A stretch of 64,000 nt of DNA from a phage, in assembly GCA_024790105.1 (NCBI GenBank), contig GCA_024790105.1_3053.1. The stretch is one strand, 5' to 3'. The first letter of the stretch is position 1. Every line of letters starts with the position of its first letter. A program made the translations under genes and the position numbers. Under the pieces are notes generated by a model, which saw nothing but the letters and a program-made list of their open reading frames with translations, was not told where the DNA came from and did no database searches. This document shows, piece by piece, positions 39,557 to 48,595 of this stretch.

Positions 39557-39832
39557 TTATTTCATATTATTGAAATATTCTTCTGCAATTTCGTCGTTAT
39601 CATGATAAACTTTAGAAGACAGTTTAACATAACCTTCAGCAGTGAACATGTTAATCACAACCTTTACAGTATACCACTGACCGTCTTCATTACCCATTAC
39701 TGCGTAAGTTTCAAACATCGGATGGTCAGGACCGATAACTTTAATATCATTCACTGTACGACCAAAATCTTCTGAAACACATTTCATAAAGAAGTTGAAC
39801 AGTTCGCCGTAATTATCCATTTCATTCTCCAA
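39557..39832 (-). CDS. Hypothetical protein with MENEM N-terminus
   Basis: 91-aa ORF fused to the conserved cassette leader. Confidence 0.45.
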   Translation of the reverse strand: MENEMDNYGELFNFFMKCVSEDFGRTVNDIKVIGPDHPMFETYAVMGNEDGQWYTVKVVINMFTAEGYVKLSSKVYHDNDEIAEEYFNNMK

Positions 39833-39863
39833 GTTGTTTTCTGTATCAGTAGTTGATAGTTGT

Positions 39864-39893
39864 ATAGTACCATGGAAGAACAGGGATGTAAAC
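39864..39893 (-). promoter_or_regulatory. T4 early-type promoter cassette
   Basis: GTTTAC - 18 nt - TGGTACTAT. Confidence 0.5.
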
Positions 39894-40022
39894 AGTTTTG
39901 TGAAAAATTTTTTAAAAAGTTTTGGGGAATTCTAGGGCAAGGAGGGGAAATCAAAGGATAGGATAATATATTATAAAGGGTAGAAACTAAATGATGCCTA
40001 GAGAGGCCTGGAAAGGCCTAGA

Positions 40023-40058
40023 TACCAAAAAGCCCCAACCTTTTGGTCGGGGCTAAGA
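40023..40058 (-). terminator. Rho-independent terminator (copy 1 of 36-bp direct repeat)
   Basis: AGCCCCGACC-aaaa-GGTTGGGGCT hairpin followed by T5 on minus transcript. Confidence 0.6.
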
Positions 40059-40061
40059 ATG

Positions 40062-40535
40062 TTATTTGATTTGTTTAGCAGACCAAATGCGGTCTTTAAT
40101 AATTTTTTGGATGTCTTCAACATACTCTAGGTCATGAGCATGTGGGTTATCTTTAAAGCTATGAGCACGAGCTAGCTTTTGGCCTTCAGTTTTGATTACT
40201 AAAAGCTCTTTAAGGATAGCTTCATATTTGGAGATAATTCCTTTAACGATATTTTTTTCTTGTGTGACTTTAGGATCTGCTTTAGGAGCAGGTTTACCCG
40301 AAGCCTTTGCAAAAGCAGCGCCAGTAGCAACTAAACTTTTCCAGGCCATACTAACTGCATTTCCCGTAAATCCTTCCGCTTTCATGTCGCGTGCGAACTG
40401 AAATCGCGATTCATTAGAAGCATCTTTGTAAGAATATTTACCCGCTGCAATGGCTGCTTTTGCAACAGCTTGAATTTCGGTGCTAGATGCTTCATTTAAC
40501 ACCGCTTCATTTAAAAATTGAGTATATGATTTCAT
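40062..40535 (-). CDS. Internal-protein-like protein with capsid targeting sequence
   Basis: 157 aa; N-terminus MKSYTQFLNEAVLNE resembles T4 IP capsid targeting sequence plus protease site; Ala/Lys-rich. Confidence 0.5.
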   Translation of the reverse strand: MKSYTQFLNEAVLNEASSTEIQAVAKAAIAAGKYSYKDASNESRFQFARDMKAEGFTGNAVSMAWKSLVATGAAFAKASGKPAPKADPKVTQEKNIVKGIISKYEAILKELLVIKTEGQKLARAHSFKDNPHAHDLEYVEDIQKIIKDRIWSAKQIK

Positions 40536-40580
40536 CTTATTTCCTGTTTTAATTCGTGGTTTTAATATACTACTATATTT

Positions 40581-40616
40581 ATACCAAAAAGCCCCAACCT
40601 TTTGGTCGGGGCTAAG
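40581..40616 (-). terminator. Rho-independent terminator (copy 2 of 36-bp direct repeat)
   Basis: Identical hairpin and T5 as at 40023-40058. Confidence 0.6.
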
Positions 40617-40663
40617 CCTTGCGGCAACCTTGTCGGGGTTCCACCTGCTAAGGCAAGTGTTTG

Positions 40664-40757
40664 TACGAAACGCCGGGATTCGAACCCGGTTATTAAGTAG
40701 TTGACGCTACTCAATATTTTTAAAAGGCCATATCTCGACCATATCCGAACGTTCCGT
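40664..40757 (-). ncRNA. tRNA-like small stable RNA candidate (T4 species 1/2 RNA region)
   Basis: Perfect T-arm (CCGGG-TTCGAAT-CCCGG) and pairing acceptor-like ends but no canonical anticodon arm; 94 nt. Confidence 0.35.
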
Positions 40758-40929
40758 CAAAAACGCTACTCGGCTTACGGCAAAGATATTTCCTCGAATC
40801 GATAATTCGGTGCGCCGTTTCTGCTGTGATATAAGGGGACATTAACAAAACATAAAGATTTGTTAATGCCAGTCCTTAAACAGGGAACATCAGTCCGACG
40901 ACTTACCGGTAGCGACCCGGCTTCTTGTT
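40758..40929 (-). ncRNA. Structured small RNA candidate
   Basis: ORF-free segment downstream of tRNA-Arg with 10-bp hairpin (CATTAACAAA/TTTGTTAATG). Confidence 0.3.
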
Positions 40930-41006
<77 letters not shown>

Positions 41007-41009
41007 TAG

Positions 41010-41675
41010 TTAAAATTTCATTTTTCGACCTTTAAACCATCCTTCTGGAATTGGGTCAGTTTTCTTAATACGTTTAGAAACTTTTTCATCTAATGAATGA
41101 ATCCACATCATGCCAAATTGGGAATTCTTTTCACCTTGTTGGTGTTTATTTCTGGCGTGAGATTCTTTCATTTTATTAATAGTTTCAGGAGTATGGGTCT
41201 TACCCAAGAAAGATTTAGTATTTAAAAATTTCTCTCTATACTTAGGATTATCCCAAAGCTGTTTAAACCTTTCTGAACCCATTTTACGATATTTTTCTTT
41301 AAGGTCTGGGTCGTTCTCAAATCTGGTTTTAAAAGCAGCAGCCCCTTTTAAGGAAGCTTCTTTCTTTTTATCCAAATATTCTTTAGTGTTTAAATGGTCC
41401 CAACCACCTTCACCACCTAATTTCAAATTATAAACATCAGGGCGCTTTAAAAACTCTTCAGTCACAATATTCTTTTCTGACTCAAACATAGAGGTTTTAT
41501 CGTCAAAGAACTCTAATATTTCTTTAGAGAAATTTTCTATACCATACTTGTCTTGGGCTCTTTTTAATAATTTACCAGAACCCATATATCCATCATCTAA
41601 ATTTTCGGTAGAATGAGCGCCTATATAGATTTTATTATTAATTTTATTTGTTATTTTATAAGTGTAATGGAACAT
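41010..41675 (-). CDS. segB: GIY-YIG homing endonuclease SegB-like
   Basis: 221 aa; N-terminal YTYKITNKINNKIYIGAHS GIY-YIG motif; located in the tRNA cluster as T4 segB. Confidence 0.8.
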   Translation of the reverse strand: MFHYTYKITNKINNKIYIGAHSTENLDDGYMGSGKLLKRAQDKYGIENFSKEILEFFDDKTSMFESEKNIVTEEFLKRPDVYNLKLGGEGGWDHLNTKEYLDKKKEASLKGAAAFKTRFENDPDLKEKYRKMGSERFKQLWDNPKYREKFLNTKSFLGKTHTPETINKMKESHARNKHQQGEKNSQFGMMWIHSLDEKVSKRIKKTDPIPEGWFKGRKMKF

Positions 41676-41716
41676 AAATATCTCCTATTTCTAAGAGTAT
41701 TTATGTTCCCAAAATA

Positions 41717-41788
41717 TGGCCCTGGGTGGAATTGAACCACCATCTGGCGATTATGAGTCGCTTGCTTGAACCTTCCAGCTACAGGGCC
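41717..41788 (-). tRNA. tRNA with CAU anticodon (Ile if C34 is lysidinylated, otherwise Met)
   Basis: Manual cloverleaf: acceptor GGCCCTG/CAGGGCC, anticodon loop CTCATAA, T-arm GTGGTTCAATTCCAC. Confidence 0.7.
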
Positions 41789-41794
41789 TTGATA

Positions 41795-41850
41795 TGCTGA
41801 TTGACGGAATCGAACCGCCGACATCCTCATTACAAGTGAGGTGCTCTACC
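41795..41850 (-). pseudogene. tRNA-Thr (UGU) 3' portion; 5' acceptor and D-stem replaced by HNH gene end
   Basis: Anticodon arm CCTCA-CTTGTAA-TGAGG, T-arm and 3' acceptor AATCAGC present; no complementary 5' acceptor strand; stop codon of HNH ORF overlaps D-arm. Confidence 0.5.
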
Positions 41851-42307
41851 ACGCTTCCGTTATTTTGTTTTTATATGCTCTATTCCTTGATTTATACGTA
41901 TCAAGTTGAGAGTCACAATTGGAACAAACAAATCTCAGATTTTCTAATCTATGGTCATTGTTTATTCCATTAATATGATCGAGAATTAAAGGCATTGGTT
42001 TGCCATTCCATACTGCTTCTATTCCACAGATAGAGCACTCATATGGTAATATTTTGTCTTCTATAAGTCTTTTTCTAAGATGGCTTCTGCCGTAAGAAGA
42101 ATTTTCAACCATTACATCACTAAGATTATATCTGTTGGTTTTTGGACCAGTCTTAAGTCCTTTATTCCAGATTTTGCAACCTTTTTGAGCTCCGGCTCCC
42201 TTCCCTCTCACATATTCAGCTTTATTTGGATTAAGTTTGCAATATTTTTCATGCACACTTTTTCCGCCAGCTTGTTTAAATTCTTTATTACAAAATTGAC
42301 AATTCAT
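41846..42307 (-). CDS. HNH homing endonuclease (inserted in tRNA cluster)
   Basis: 153 aa from ATG (MNCQFC); C-terminal HNH motif LDHINGINNDHRLENLRFVCSNCD; ORF track TTG extension rejected. Confidence 0.7.
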   Translation of the reverse strand: MNCQFCNKEFKQAGGKSVHEKYCKLNPNKAEYVRGKGAGAQKGCKIWNKGLKTGPKTNRYNLSDVMVENSSYGRSHLRKRLIEDKILPYECSICGIEAVWNGKPMPLILDHINGINNDHRLENLRFVCSNCDSQLDTYKSRNRAYKNKITEAW

Positions 42308-42323
42308 TATCTTCTCATTTAAT

Positions 42324-42400
42324 TGGGGTGACCGATGGGATTTGAACCTACGACATTCTGCTCCCAAAGCAGACGCTCTACCAAACTGAGCTACACGGAG
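42324..42400 (-). tRNA. tRNA-Pro (UGG)-like; 3' acceptor strand does not pair (possibly defective)
   Basis: Acceptor 5' CTCCGTG, D-arm GCTC/GAGC, anticodon arm TCTGC-TTTGGGA-GCAGA; T-stem has mismatch; 3' strand CGGTCAC not complementary to the 5' acceptor. Confidence 0.5.
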
Positions 42401-42412
42401 TAAATTAAATTT

Positions 42413-42484
<72 letters not shown>

Positions 42485-42490
42485 AAACTT

Positions 42491-42577
42491 TGGTACGAGA
42501 AGTGGGACTCGAACCCACAAGGAAATCATTCCGCAGCATTTTAAGTGCTGTGCCTTTACCAATTTGACCATTCTCGC
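42491..42577 (-). tRNA. tRNA-Leu (anticodon UAA), long variable arm, CCA encoded
   Basis: Acceptor GCGAGAA/TTCTCGT, anticodon arm CAGCA-CTTAAAA-TGCTG, T-arm GTGGG-TTCGAGT-CCCAC. Confidence 0.75.
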
Positions 42578-42583
42578 GTTATA

Positions 42584-43192
42584 TTATTTATTACGTGAAA
42601 AAGACTGTTCTATCAATTCTGGACACTTTCGTTCTATCCATTTTCTAGCTTTTTGTGGGCTTATACCTATTATTTTAGCAGCTTTACTAACCCATCCAAA
42701 TTTAGAATAATCGATTTTAACTAATTCTTCGTAAATTTCATCAGTTAAAATCTTTTCATTAATATTTACCAGTAAATGATATAATTTGTTATCATTAGCA
42801 ATTTTAATGAATCTTTTATAGTTTCCGCCTTTACTTAAACCTAATGAAGTAATTGCAGATGATATAGTAGCCGAATTTAATAATGCGTTTAAAATTTCTT
42901 CATCACTAACATTATAACGCTTTTTATTATTTTTAATATTTTTACCAGCAAAAGTATCAGTTTGCGAGTGACAGTTTGGACATAATAATCTTAAATTTGA
43001 TTTAAGATGATTTTTGTTATTTCCATCAATATGGTCTAATTGCAGAACAATATGCTTATTTTGCCATTTTGAAATTTTACAAATTGCACACTCATATGGA
43101 AAAATATTTTCTTTTATTATTTTGTCTTTCAGCTTTCCTGTGCTAAAATTTGGGTGTTTTCCTTCAAAAATTTCAGCTAATTTAGTATCCAT
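42584..43192 (-). CDS. HNH homing endonuclease with C-terminal helix-turn-helix-like domain
   Basis: HNH motif LDHIDGNNKNHLKSNLRLLCPNCH; paralogous core to ORF 41846-42307; start set at ATG (ORF track begins at upstream TTG). Confidence 0.7.
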   Translation of the reverse strand: MDTKLAEIFEGKHPNFSTGKLKDKIIKENIFPYECAICKISKWQNKHIVLQLDHIDGNNKNHLKSNLRLLCPNCHSQTDTFAGKNIKNNKKRYNVSDEEILNALLNSATISSAITSLGLSKGGNYKRFIKIANDNKLYHLLVNINEKILTDEIYEELVKIDYSKFGWVSKAAKIIGISPQKARKWIERKCPELIEQSFSRNK

Positions 43193-43302
43193 AATATGAT
43201 TCCCAATTATTAACAAAGGCTCTCAAGCAAGAACCCTTGATGATAGAGGGTATTAATCAGTGCGATATGAGTTAATAATAACAAATAATTCTTAAAGCAT
43301 AT

Positions 43303-43590
43303 TTACCATTTATGATAATACATATTTACGATGCATTCAAGACCCAAAGGATTCTTGAAAATATCATATTCAAGAGGACCTTTTTCTGTTTCAATAAAGA
43401 AATCAAAATTTACTGTATTAAATTTACGGTCTTCCTTCACTAATTTAACTTGAGAAGATGAACGGTCAATGTAAACCTTTTCAACTTCAAAACATGTTAA
43501 AACGCCATAATCATCAATCAAGGCTTTAGCCGCGTCTTGATCATATTTATATCCATTTTCAATGGATGATACTTTCGCATAAAGAATCAT
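43303..43590 (-). CDS. Hypothetical protein
   Basis: 95-aa ORF. Confidence 0.4.
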   Translation of the reverse strand: MILYAKVSSIENGYKYDQDAAKALIDDYGVLTCFEVEKVYIDRSSSQVKLVKEDRKFNTVNFDFFIETEKGPLEYDIFKNPLGLECIVNMYYHKW

Positions 43591-43592
43591 TA

Positions 43593-43997
43593 TTAACCTT
43601 TATCAACAATAGTATGTGTATGGGCATTTACGATTTGCCACCAGTCAAAACTATCGCCAAATCGTTTTGATTTATTGTCTTCAATAATTTGGCGTAATTC
43701 ATCTTCTGTTTCAGCATACGCAATCAAATCATCATATCCACCGCAAGGATAGTAATTATCGCCTGCGAACAAAAGAAAATTTACTTTAGATGGGTCTATA
43801 TAATAATGCTCTTTAGGATATTTAGTTCCTTTCCAATCAGTTACTTCAACATAATGGTAAGAAAATCCATTTTTACTTTCAACCCAACTCCACGCTTCAA
43901 AAGGAGTATTAAAAACTCTATCAGGTATTAAATTACCTTCAAAATGAGAAGGATTTGCATAATCCCCAGCATAAACATAATATTCGTTAATATTCAT
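43593..43997 (-). CDS. Hypothetical protein
   Basis: 134-aa ORF rich in aromatic residues. Confidence 0.45.
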   Translation of the reverse strand: MNINEYYVYAGDYANPSHFEGNLIPDRVFNTPFEAWSWVESKNGFSYHYVEVTDWKGTKYPKEHYYIDPSKVNFLLFAGDNYYPCGGYDDLIAYAETEDELRQIIEDNKSKRFGDSFDWWQIVNAHTHTIVDKG

Positions 43998-44183
43998 TTA
44001 TTCACCTTTAGAAATTTTATCCATAACGATAGCAATTAAACCAATTAAAAATGCTACTACAAGTGAAAACACATTTTCTGCTGTAGTTAATAATCCACAT
44101 ATAAATCCAACAAACATTGAAAAACTAAAAGCGGAAGCAGAAATTGCAATAGCAACATTTCGAATTAATTCACAACGTTTCAT
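43998..44183 (-). CDS. Small membrane protein
   Basis: 61 aa, two hydrophobic helices; directly downstream of promoter cassette. Confidence 0.4.
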   Translation of the reverse strand: MKRCELIRNVAIAISASAFSFSMFVGFICGLLTTAENVFSLVVAFLIGLIAIVMDKISKGE

Positions 44184-44211
44184 TTTATTCTCCTCGGTAG
44201 TTGATAGGGTA

Positions 44212-44241
44212 ATAGTATCACAACTAAAACCCTATGTAAAC
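44212..44241 (-). promoter_or_regulatory. T4 early-type promoter cassette (downstream flank of ipI-like gene)
   Basis: GTTTAC - 18 nt - TACTAT, with -10 embedded in an inverted repeat. Confidence 0.5.
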
Positions 44242-44253
44242 AACTTTGTGAAA

Positions 44254-44511
44254 TTATTTTAAATCTTCTAATCGTTTCTTCATCTTAGAACCATTTTTAG
44301 CAATTTCTCCTGCATCGGAGCATAATGCTAAAAGTGCTTTAACTTTAGTTTGGTCTCCTTTAAAAGATGAAGGATCGACTGCAGCAGCAAGTTCTTTAAT
44401 ACGAGAGAAAAGACGCTCAGCTTCAGCTAAAGCCATTCCAAGCTTTACTTCCATGCCATGAGAAGATTCAGTAATAGTAGTTTTTGTAGCAAACTCTTTG
44501 AAAGTTTTCAT
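44254..44511 (-). CDS. ipI: Internal protein I-like (capsid-targeted small protein)
   Basis: 85 aa; N-terminus MKTFKEFATKTTITE resembles IP capsid targeting sequence; adjacent to 57B as T4 ipI. Confidence 0.55.
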   Translation of the reverse strand: MKTFKEFATKTTITESSHGMEVKLGMALAEAERLFSRIKELAAAVDPSSFKGDQTKVKALLALCSDAGEIAKNGSKMKKRLEDLK

Positions 44512-44541
44512 TTTATTTTCCTAATTAATTTTGATGAGGTA

Positions 44542-44571
44542 ATAGTATCACTACCTCATCAGTATGTAAAC
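44542..44571 (-). promoter_or_regulatory. T4 early-type promoter cassette (upstream flank of ipI-like gene)
   Basis: GTTTAC - 18 nt - TACTAT inside inverted repeat GATGAGGTA...TACCTCATC. Confidence 0.5.
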
Positions 44572-44583
44572 AACTTTGTGAAA

Positions 44584-45280
<697 letters not shown>

Positions 45281-45281
<1 letters not shown>

Positions 45282-45994
45282 TATAGTACCTTTAGTGTAT
45301 TTTTAATTTTAGAAAAAAGTTCTTCAAGAGAACCATCGTTTGTAATTACTAAATCGCCATCACGAATTGGCAATCCAGCTTCTGTAATATGTGTATCATT
45401 GGATTTTTGACCAGGACGAACTACATGAATTACTGTAGCACCCATCGCCCTAGCCGCATCCATTTCATGATCTTGACGAGTATCAGGAACGATATAATAA
45501 TCATAACCTGAGTTAAATTTATCAAGATAATCTAAAGCAAATAATTTTACCCAATACATGCGGTCGAAGTTATTAACAATCAAATCCGTACCTAGGGCTT
45601 GCATCAGACGACGGACTGACCATTGATCTTCAATATTATTTATAACGTCAGCAATCTTGTTAAATGCTACGAAATTAACTGCGTCATCAAAAACAAACAC
45701 ACCTTTAATTGGGCTTTTACTATTAAGATAGCAAAATGCTTGTTCCATAATCGTAATTACTTCTAATTTAGTCAGATTTAAATTAGTTTCACGATCATAG
45801 TCAATTCCTTCAAACTCTTTACGAGTTAAACAAGGATAGTCAGTGTTTTCTGCAAATACACCCCATGCATAAGCCAATGCATCTTTAATAGGACCAGCAA
45901 GTTGATATTTAACTGCAGAATAATTATTCATGATAAAATCTGCAGTAGTATCTTTTCCACTGCGCTTTACACCACTTAAAAAGATTAGTTTCAT
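45281..45994 (-). CDS. 1: Deoxynucleoside monophosphate kinase gp1
   Basis: P-loop GVKRSGKDT; start set at MKLIFLSGV by recall of T4 gp1. Confidence 0.9.
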
Positions 45995-46043
45995 GTGTTT
46001 CTCCTCAAATTTAATTAAGATTATAACACACAAAACTGAAGCA

Positions 46044-46574
46044 TTAAACTTCTGCTATAATTTTTCCATCTTTTTCTACTTGAAAATAGGTGTAAGGAAT
46101 CGTTGCAGTACATACTAAAGCCGGGTCTGAATCTTCCGTGTAGCTAAATTCTACTTCAGACAGATCAGAAACCCAAGGCTTATAAAAATTTATTGACATC
46201 ACGATTTCAGTTTTACTATTATCTAAAATGTAAAGCGTAATGTATTCAGGACCTGTTTTTTGGGCAGTATTTTCGCCTGTAAGATAGTTGCTAGTTCCTA
46301 GCATCCATTCATACATTCCTATCCATGACTTAAGTTCTTCATCAACTATAAATCTCACGATGAGTGGGTCGTACTCAAATGTAACACCTGGACGTTGTGC
46401 TCGGCCTAGTCCAAACGGCCCAGTCACGGTATCAGTAACAGGTATCCTAATTCCCGGAATAGGAACTGACTGAGCATTTAAAGTAAAAGCAGATGTAGTA
46501 TTACTATGTGGTATTGATACTACAAAGTTAGTTGTATTTGCTTGGTTAAAAATTTGTTGCAGAGCTTGCGACAT
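46044..46574 (-). CDS. 3: Tail completion / sheath stabiliser gp3
   Basis: Start set at internal Met giving 176 aa (T4 gp3 length); synteny 1-3-2-4. Confidence 0.75.
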   Translation of the reverse strand: MSQALQQIFNQANTTNFVVSIPHSNTTSAFTLNAQSVPIPGIRIPVTDTVTGPFGLGRAQRPGVTFEYDPLIVRFIVDEELKSWIGMYEWMLGTSNYLTGENTAQKTGPEYITLYILDNSKTEIVMSINFYKPWVSDLSEVEFSYTEDSDPALVCTATIPYTYFQVEKDGKIIAEV

Positions 46575-46680
46575 ATATTCCTCATAATGCTTTATAACTG
46601 TTAGTGGTATAATGGGTCTAAGTCCCTTCCATTCAATTCCATTTAGAACAAACAACAGAAAAGAATGGAAGATAATAGAA

Positions 46681-47505
46681 TTAGATATTTGACCAGACTT
46701 TGTTTGCAGAGAAACGTTTTCCTTTGGAGTAGAAGCTTTGGAGTGGCATCAACACAACGTTCGCCCAGTCTTTCGGGGCGATTTCAACAAGGCTACCCAT
46801 AATATTACCGGGTATATATGCCTTAATCATTTGGTCTGCACCCCTAAATCCTTTCACTTGACTCCAATCAATTTTTAATTTCGTTTTATTAGTAATAGTA
46901 GGTGTATTTGAATATTGCTTTAAAAGCTCTTCTAGAAATTGCTGACGAGCTTTAGGTGGAATATAGTGCAAGTTTAATCCGTACATTAAATTATGCTTAC
47001 CTAAACCAAGGTAAATTATCAAAGGAAATTTATCCCAGTAAGGAAGAGTTTCCTTGTGTTTAGCATCATAAGCAAAAGCATATATTCGTCCCGGCTGCGG
47101 GCGAACAACTTTATGTCCTTTTACTTGCTTAATAGTTTCAGCAAACCATTTTCTGGTTTTATTATTAATTGCTGCGCCTTCATTACGAATTTTATCACGC
47201 AATGTTTGTCTGAATGAATTTATCATAAGCAGTTGTCTTTCTTGCTTATTGAGCTTATTCATTGGTTTTGATTCAAGCTTTTGAATCTTTTCAGCTGTTT
47301 TAATTCCTGAAGCATATTTTGACATTGCTGAAGTAAACGTAGAGTATTTGATTCCTCTTTCTTCAGCAAATTGCTTTCCTGTCATTCCTTTTGCTTTGGC
47401 CTTTTTGTATTCAAGACCTATCTGAATCCATTTCTTTTCGTTTAATGATTGCTTAACCTTTGGAACTTGGGGAGTGCTTTCATTAATTATTTGAAAAATA
47501 GCCAT
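46681..47505 (-). CDS. 2: DNA end protector gp2
   Basis: 274 aa, T4 gp2 length; synteny. Confidence 0.8.
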   Translation of the reverse strand: MAIFQIINESTPQVPKVKQSLNEKKWIQIGLEYKKAKAKGMTGKQFAEERGIKYSTFTSAMSKYASGIKTAEKIQKLESKPMNKLNKQERQLLMINSFRQTLRDKIRNEGAAINNKTRKWFAETIKQVKGHKVVRPQPGRIYAFAYDAKHKETLPYWDKFPLIIYLGLGKHNLMYGLNLHYIPPKARQQFLEELLKQYSNTPTITNKTKLKIDWSQVKGFRGADQMIKAYIPGNIMGSLVEIAPKDWANVVLMPLQSFYSKGKRFSANKVWSNI

Positions 47506-47957
47506 TATGCCCCCTTAAAGCCAAGAGCTCGTAATCCATCTTCTGTTAAAATTCTAAATTTTATTCCGCGCTTTTCAGCTAAAGCTTGAGCTGCTTTCCA
47601 TTTATCAGTATTAACGGAATATGTATAAATTTCATTCATAAATCTTTTCTTCGCTGCAGTTGTTAGATGTGCTGGTTTAACTGGTGGTTGTGTTTCTTTT
47701 TTAGGTTTTATTTCAATAAAAAATTCTTGTCCAGAAGAATCTTTCATCCAAATATCCATGAAGTATCTACGTTTTTTCCCTTCTGCATTACAAAAATAAG
47801 GAATTACTGCTGTTTCACTACCCCATGCAATAATTTCTGGATTTTTATCTAACCATTCAAAAAAGAATTTTTCCCAATTTGATCTATACGTAATTTTTTT
47901 AGGGTCACCTCTATATTTTGATATATTTTTAGGAACCCATTTTCCAGAATATGCCAT
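47505..47957 (-). CDS. 4: Head completion protein gp4
   Basis: 150 aa, T4 gp4 length; synteny. Confidence 0.8.
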   Translation of the reverse strand: MAYSGKWVPKNISKYRGDPKKITYRSNWEKFFFEWLDKNPEIIAWGSETAVIPYFCNAEGKKRRYFMDIWMKDSSGQEFFIEIKPKKETQPPVKPAHLTTAAKKRFMNEIYTYSVNTDKWKAAQALAEKRGIKFRILTEDGLRALGFKGA

Positions 47958-47968
47958 TGGATTCTCCT

Positions 47969-47976
47969 TATAAATA
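47969..47976 (+). promoter_or_regulatory. T4 late promoter TATAAATA for gene 53
   Basis: Exact TATAAATA 28 nt upstream of gene 53 start. Confidence 0.6.
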
Positions 47977-47983
47977 GATAATA

Positions 47984-47991
47984 TATTTATA
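47984..47991 (-). promoter_or_regulatory. T4 late promoter TATAAATA for gene 4 (divergent)
   Basis: Plus strand TATTTATA, 27 nt upstream of gene 4 start on minus strand. Confidence 0.6.
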
Positions 47992-48004
47992 AACAGGAGG
48001 GCCC

Positions 48005-48595
48005 ATGCTCTTTACATTTTTTGATCCGATTGAATATGCGGCCAAAACGGTGAATAAAAACGCGCCGACTATTCCTATGACAGATATTTTTAGAAACTAT
48101 AAAGACTATTTCAAACGCGCTCTTGCTGGATACCGCTTACGTACTTATTATATTAAAGGTTCACCACGCCCGGAAGAATTAGCAAATACTATATATGGAA
48201 ATCCACAGTTGTATTGGGTTTTATTGATGTGTAATGATAATTATGACCCGTATTATGGATGGATTACTTCGCAAGAAGCTGCTTATCAGGCATCTATACA
48301 AAAATACAAAAACGTAGGTGGAGACCAAATAGTATATCATGTAAATGAGAACGGTGAAAAATTTTATAATTTAGTATCATACGATGATAATCCATATGTT
48401 TGGTATGACAAAGGTGATAAAGCTAGAAAATATCCTCAATATGAAGGAGCACTTGCTGCTGTTAATACGTATGAAGCTGCTGTTCTTGAAAATGAAAAAC
48501 TTCGTCAAATAAAAATAATAGCAAAATCAGACATTAATTCATTTATGAACGACCTTATACGTATAATGGAGAAATCTTATGGAAATGATAAGTAA
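48005..48595 (+). CDS. 53: Baseplate wedge protein gp53
   Basis: 196 aa, T4 length; precedes gene 5. Confidence 0.85.
   Translation: MLFTFFDPIEYAAKTVNKNAPTIPMTDIFRNYKDYFKRALAGYRLRTYYIKGSPRPEELANTIYGNPQLYWVLLMCNDNYDPYYGWITSQEAAYQASIQKYKNVGGDQIVYHVNENGEKFYNLVSYDDNPYVWYDKGDKARKYPQYEGALAAVNTYEAAVLENEKLRQIKIIAKSDINSFMNDLIRIMEKSYGNDK

Noticed and set aside
39921-40022. 21-codon plus-strand mini-ORF (MMPREAWKGLDTKKPQPFGRG) preceded by AAGGAGG
   Set aside because: Too short, overlaps the minus-strand terminator hairpin, and no recognisable plus-strand promoter; the segment is better explained as the extended upstream part of the promoter cassette.
40664-40757. Canonical tRNA (Ser or Leu type) call for the element with a perfect T-arm
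   Set aside because: No acceptable anticodon stem-loop or variable arm could be folded by hand; annotated only as a tRNA-like small RNA candidate.
41846-42367. 173-aa ORF (TTG start) extending over the tRNA-Pro-like gene
   Set aside because: The first 20 codons are the tRNA sequence itself; the in-frame ATG at 42307 is the credible start.
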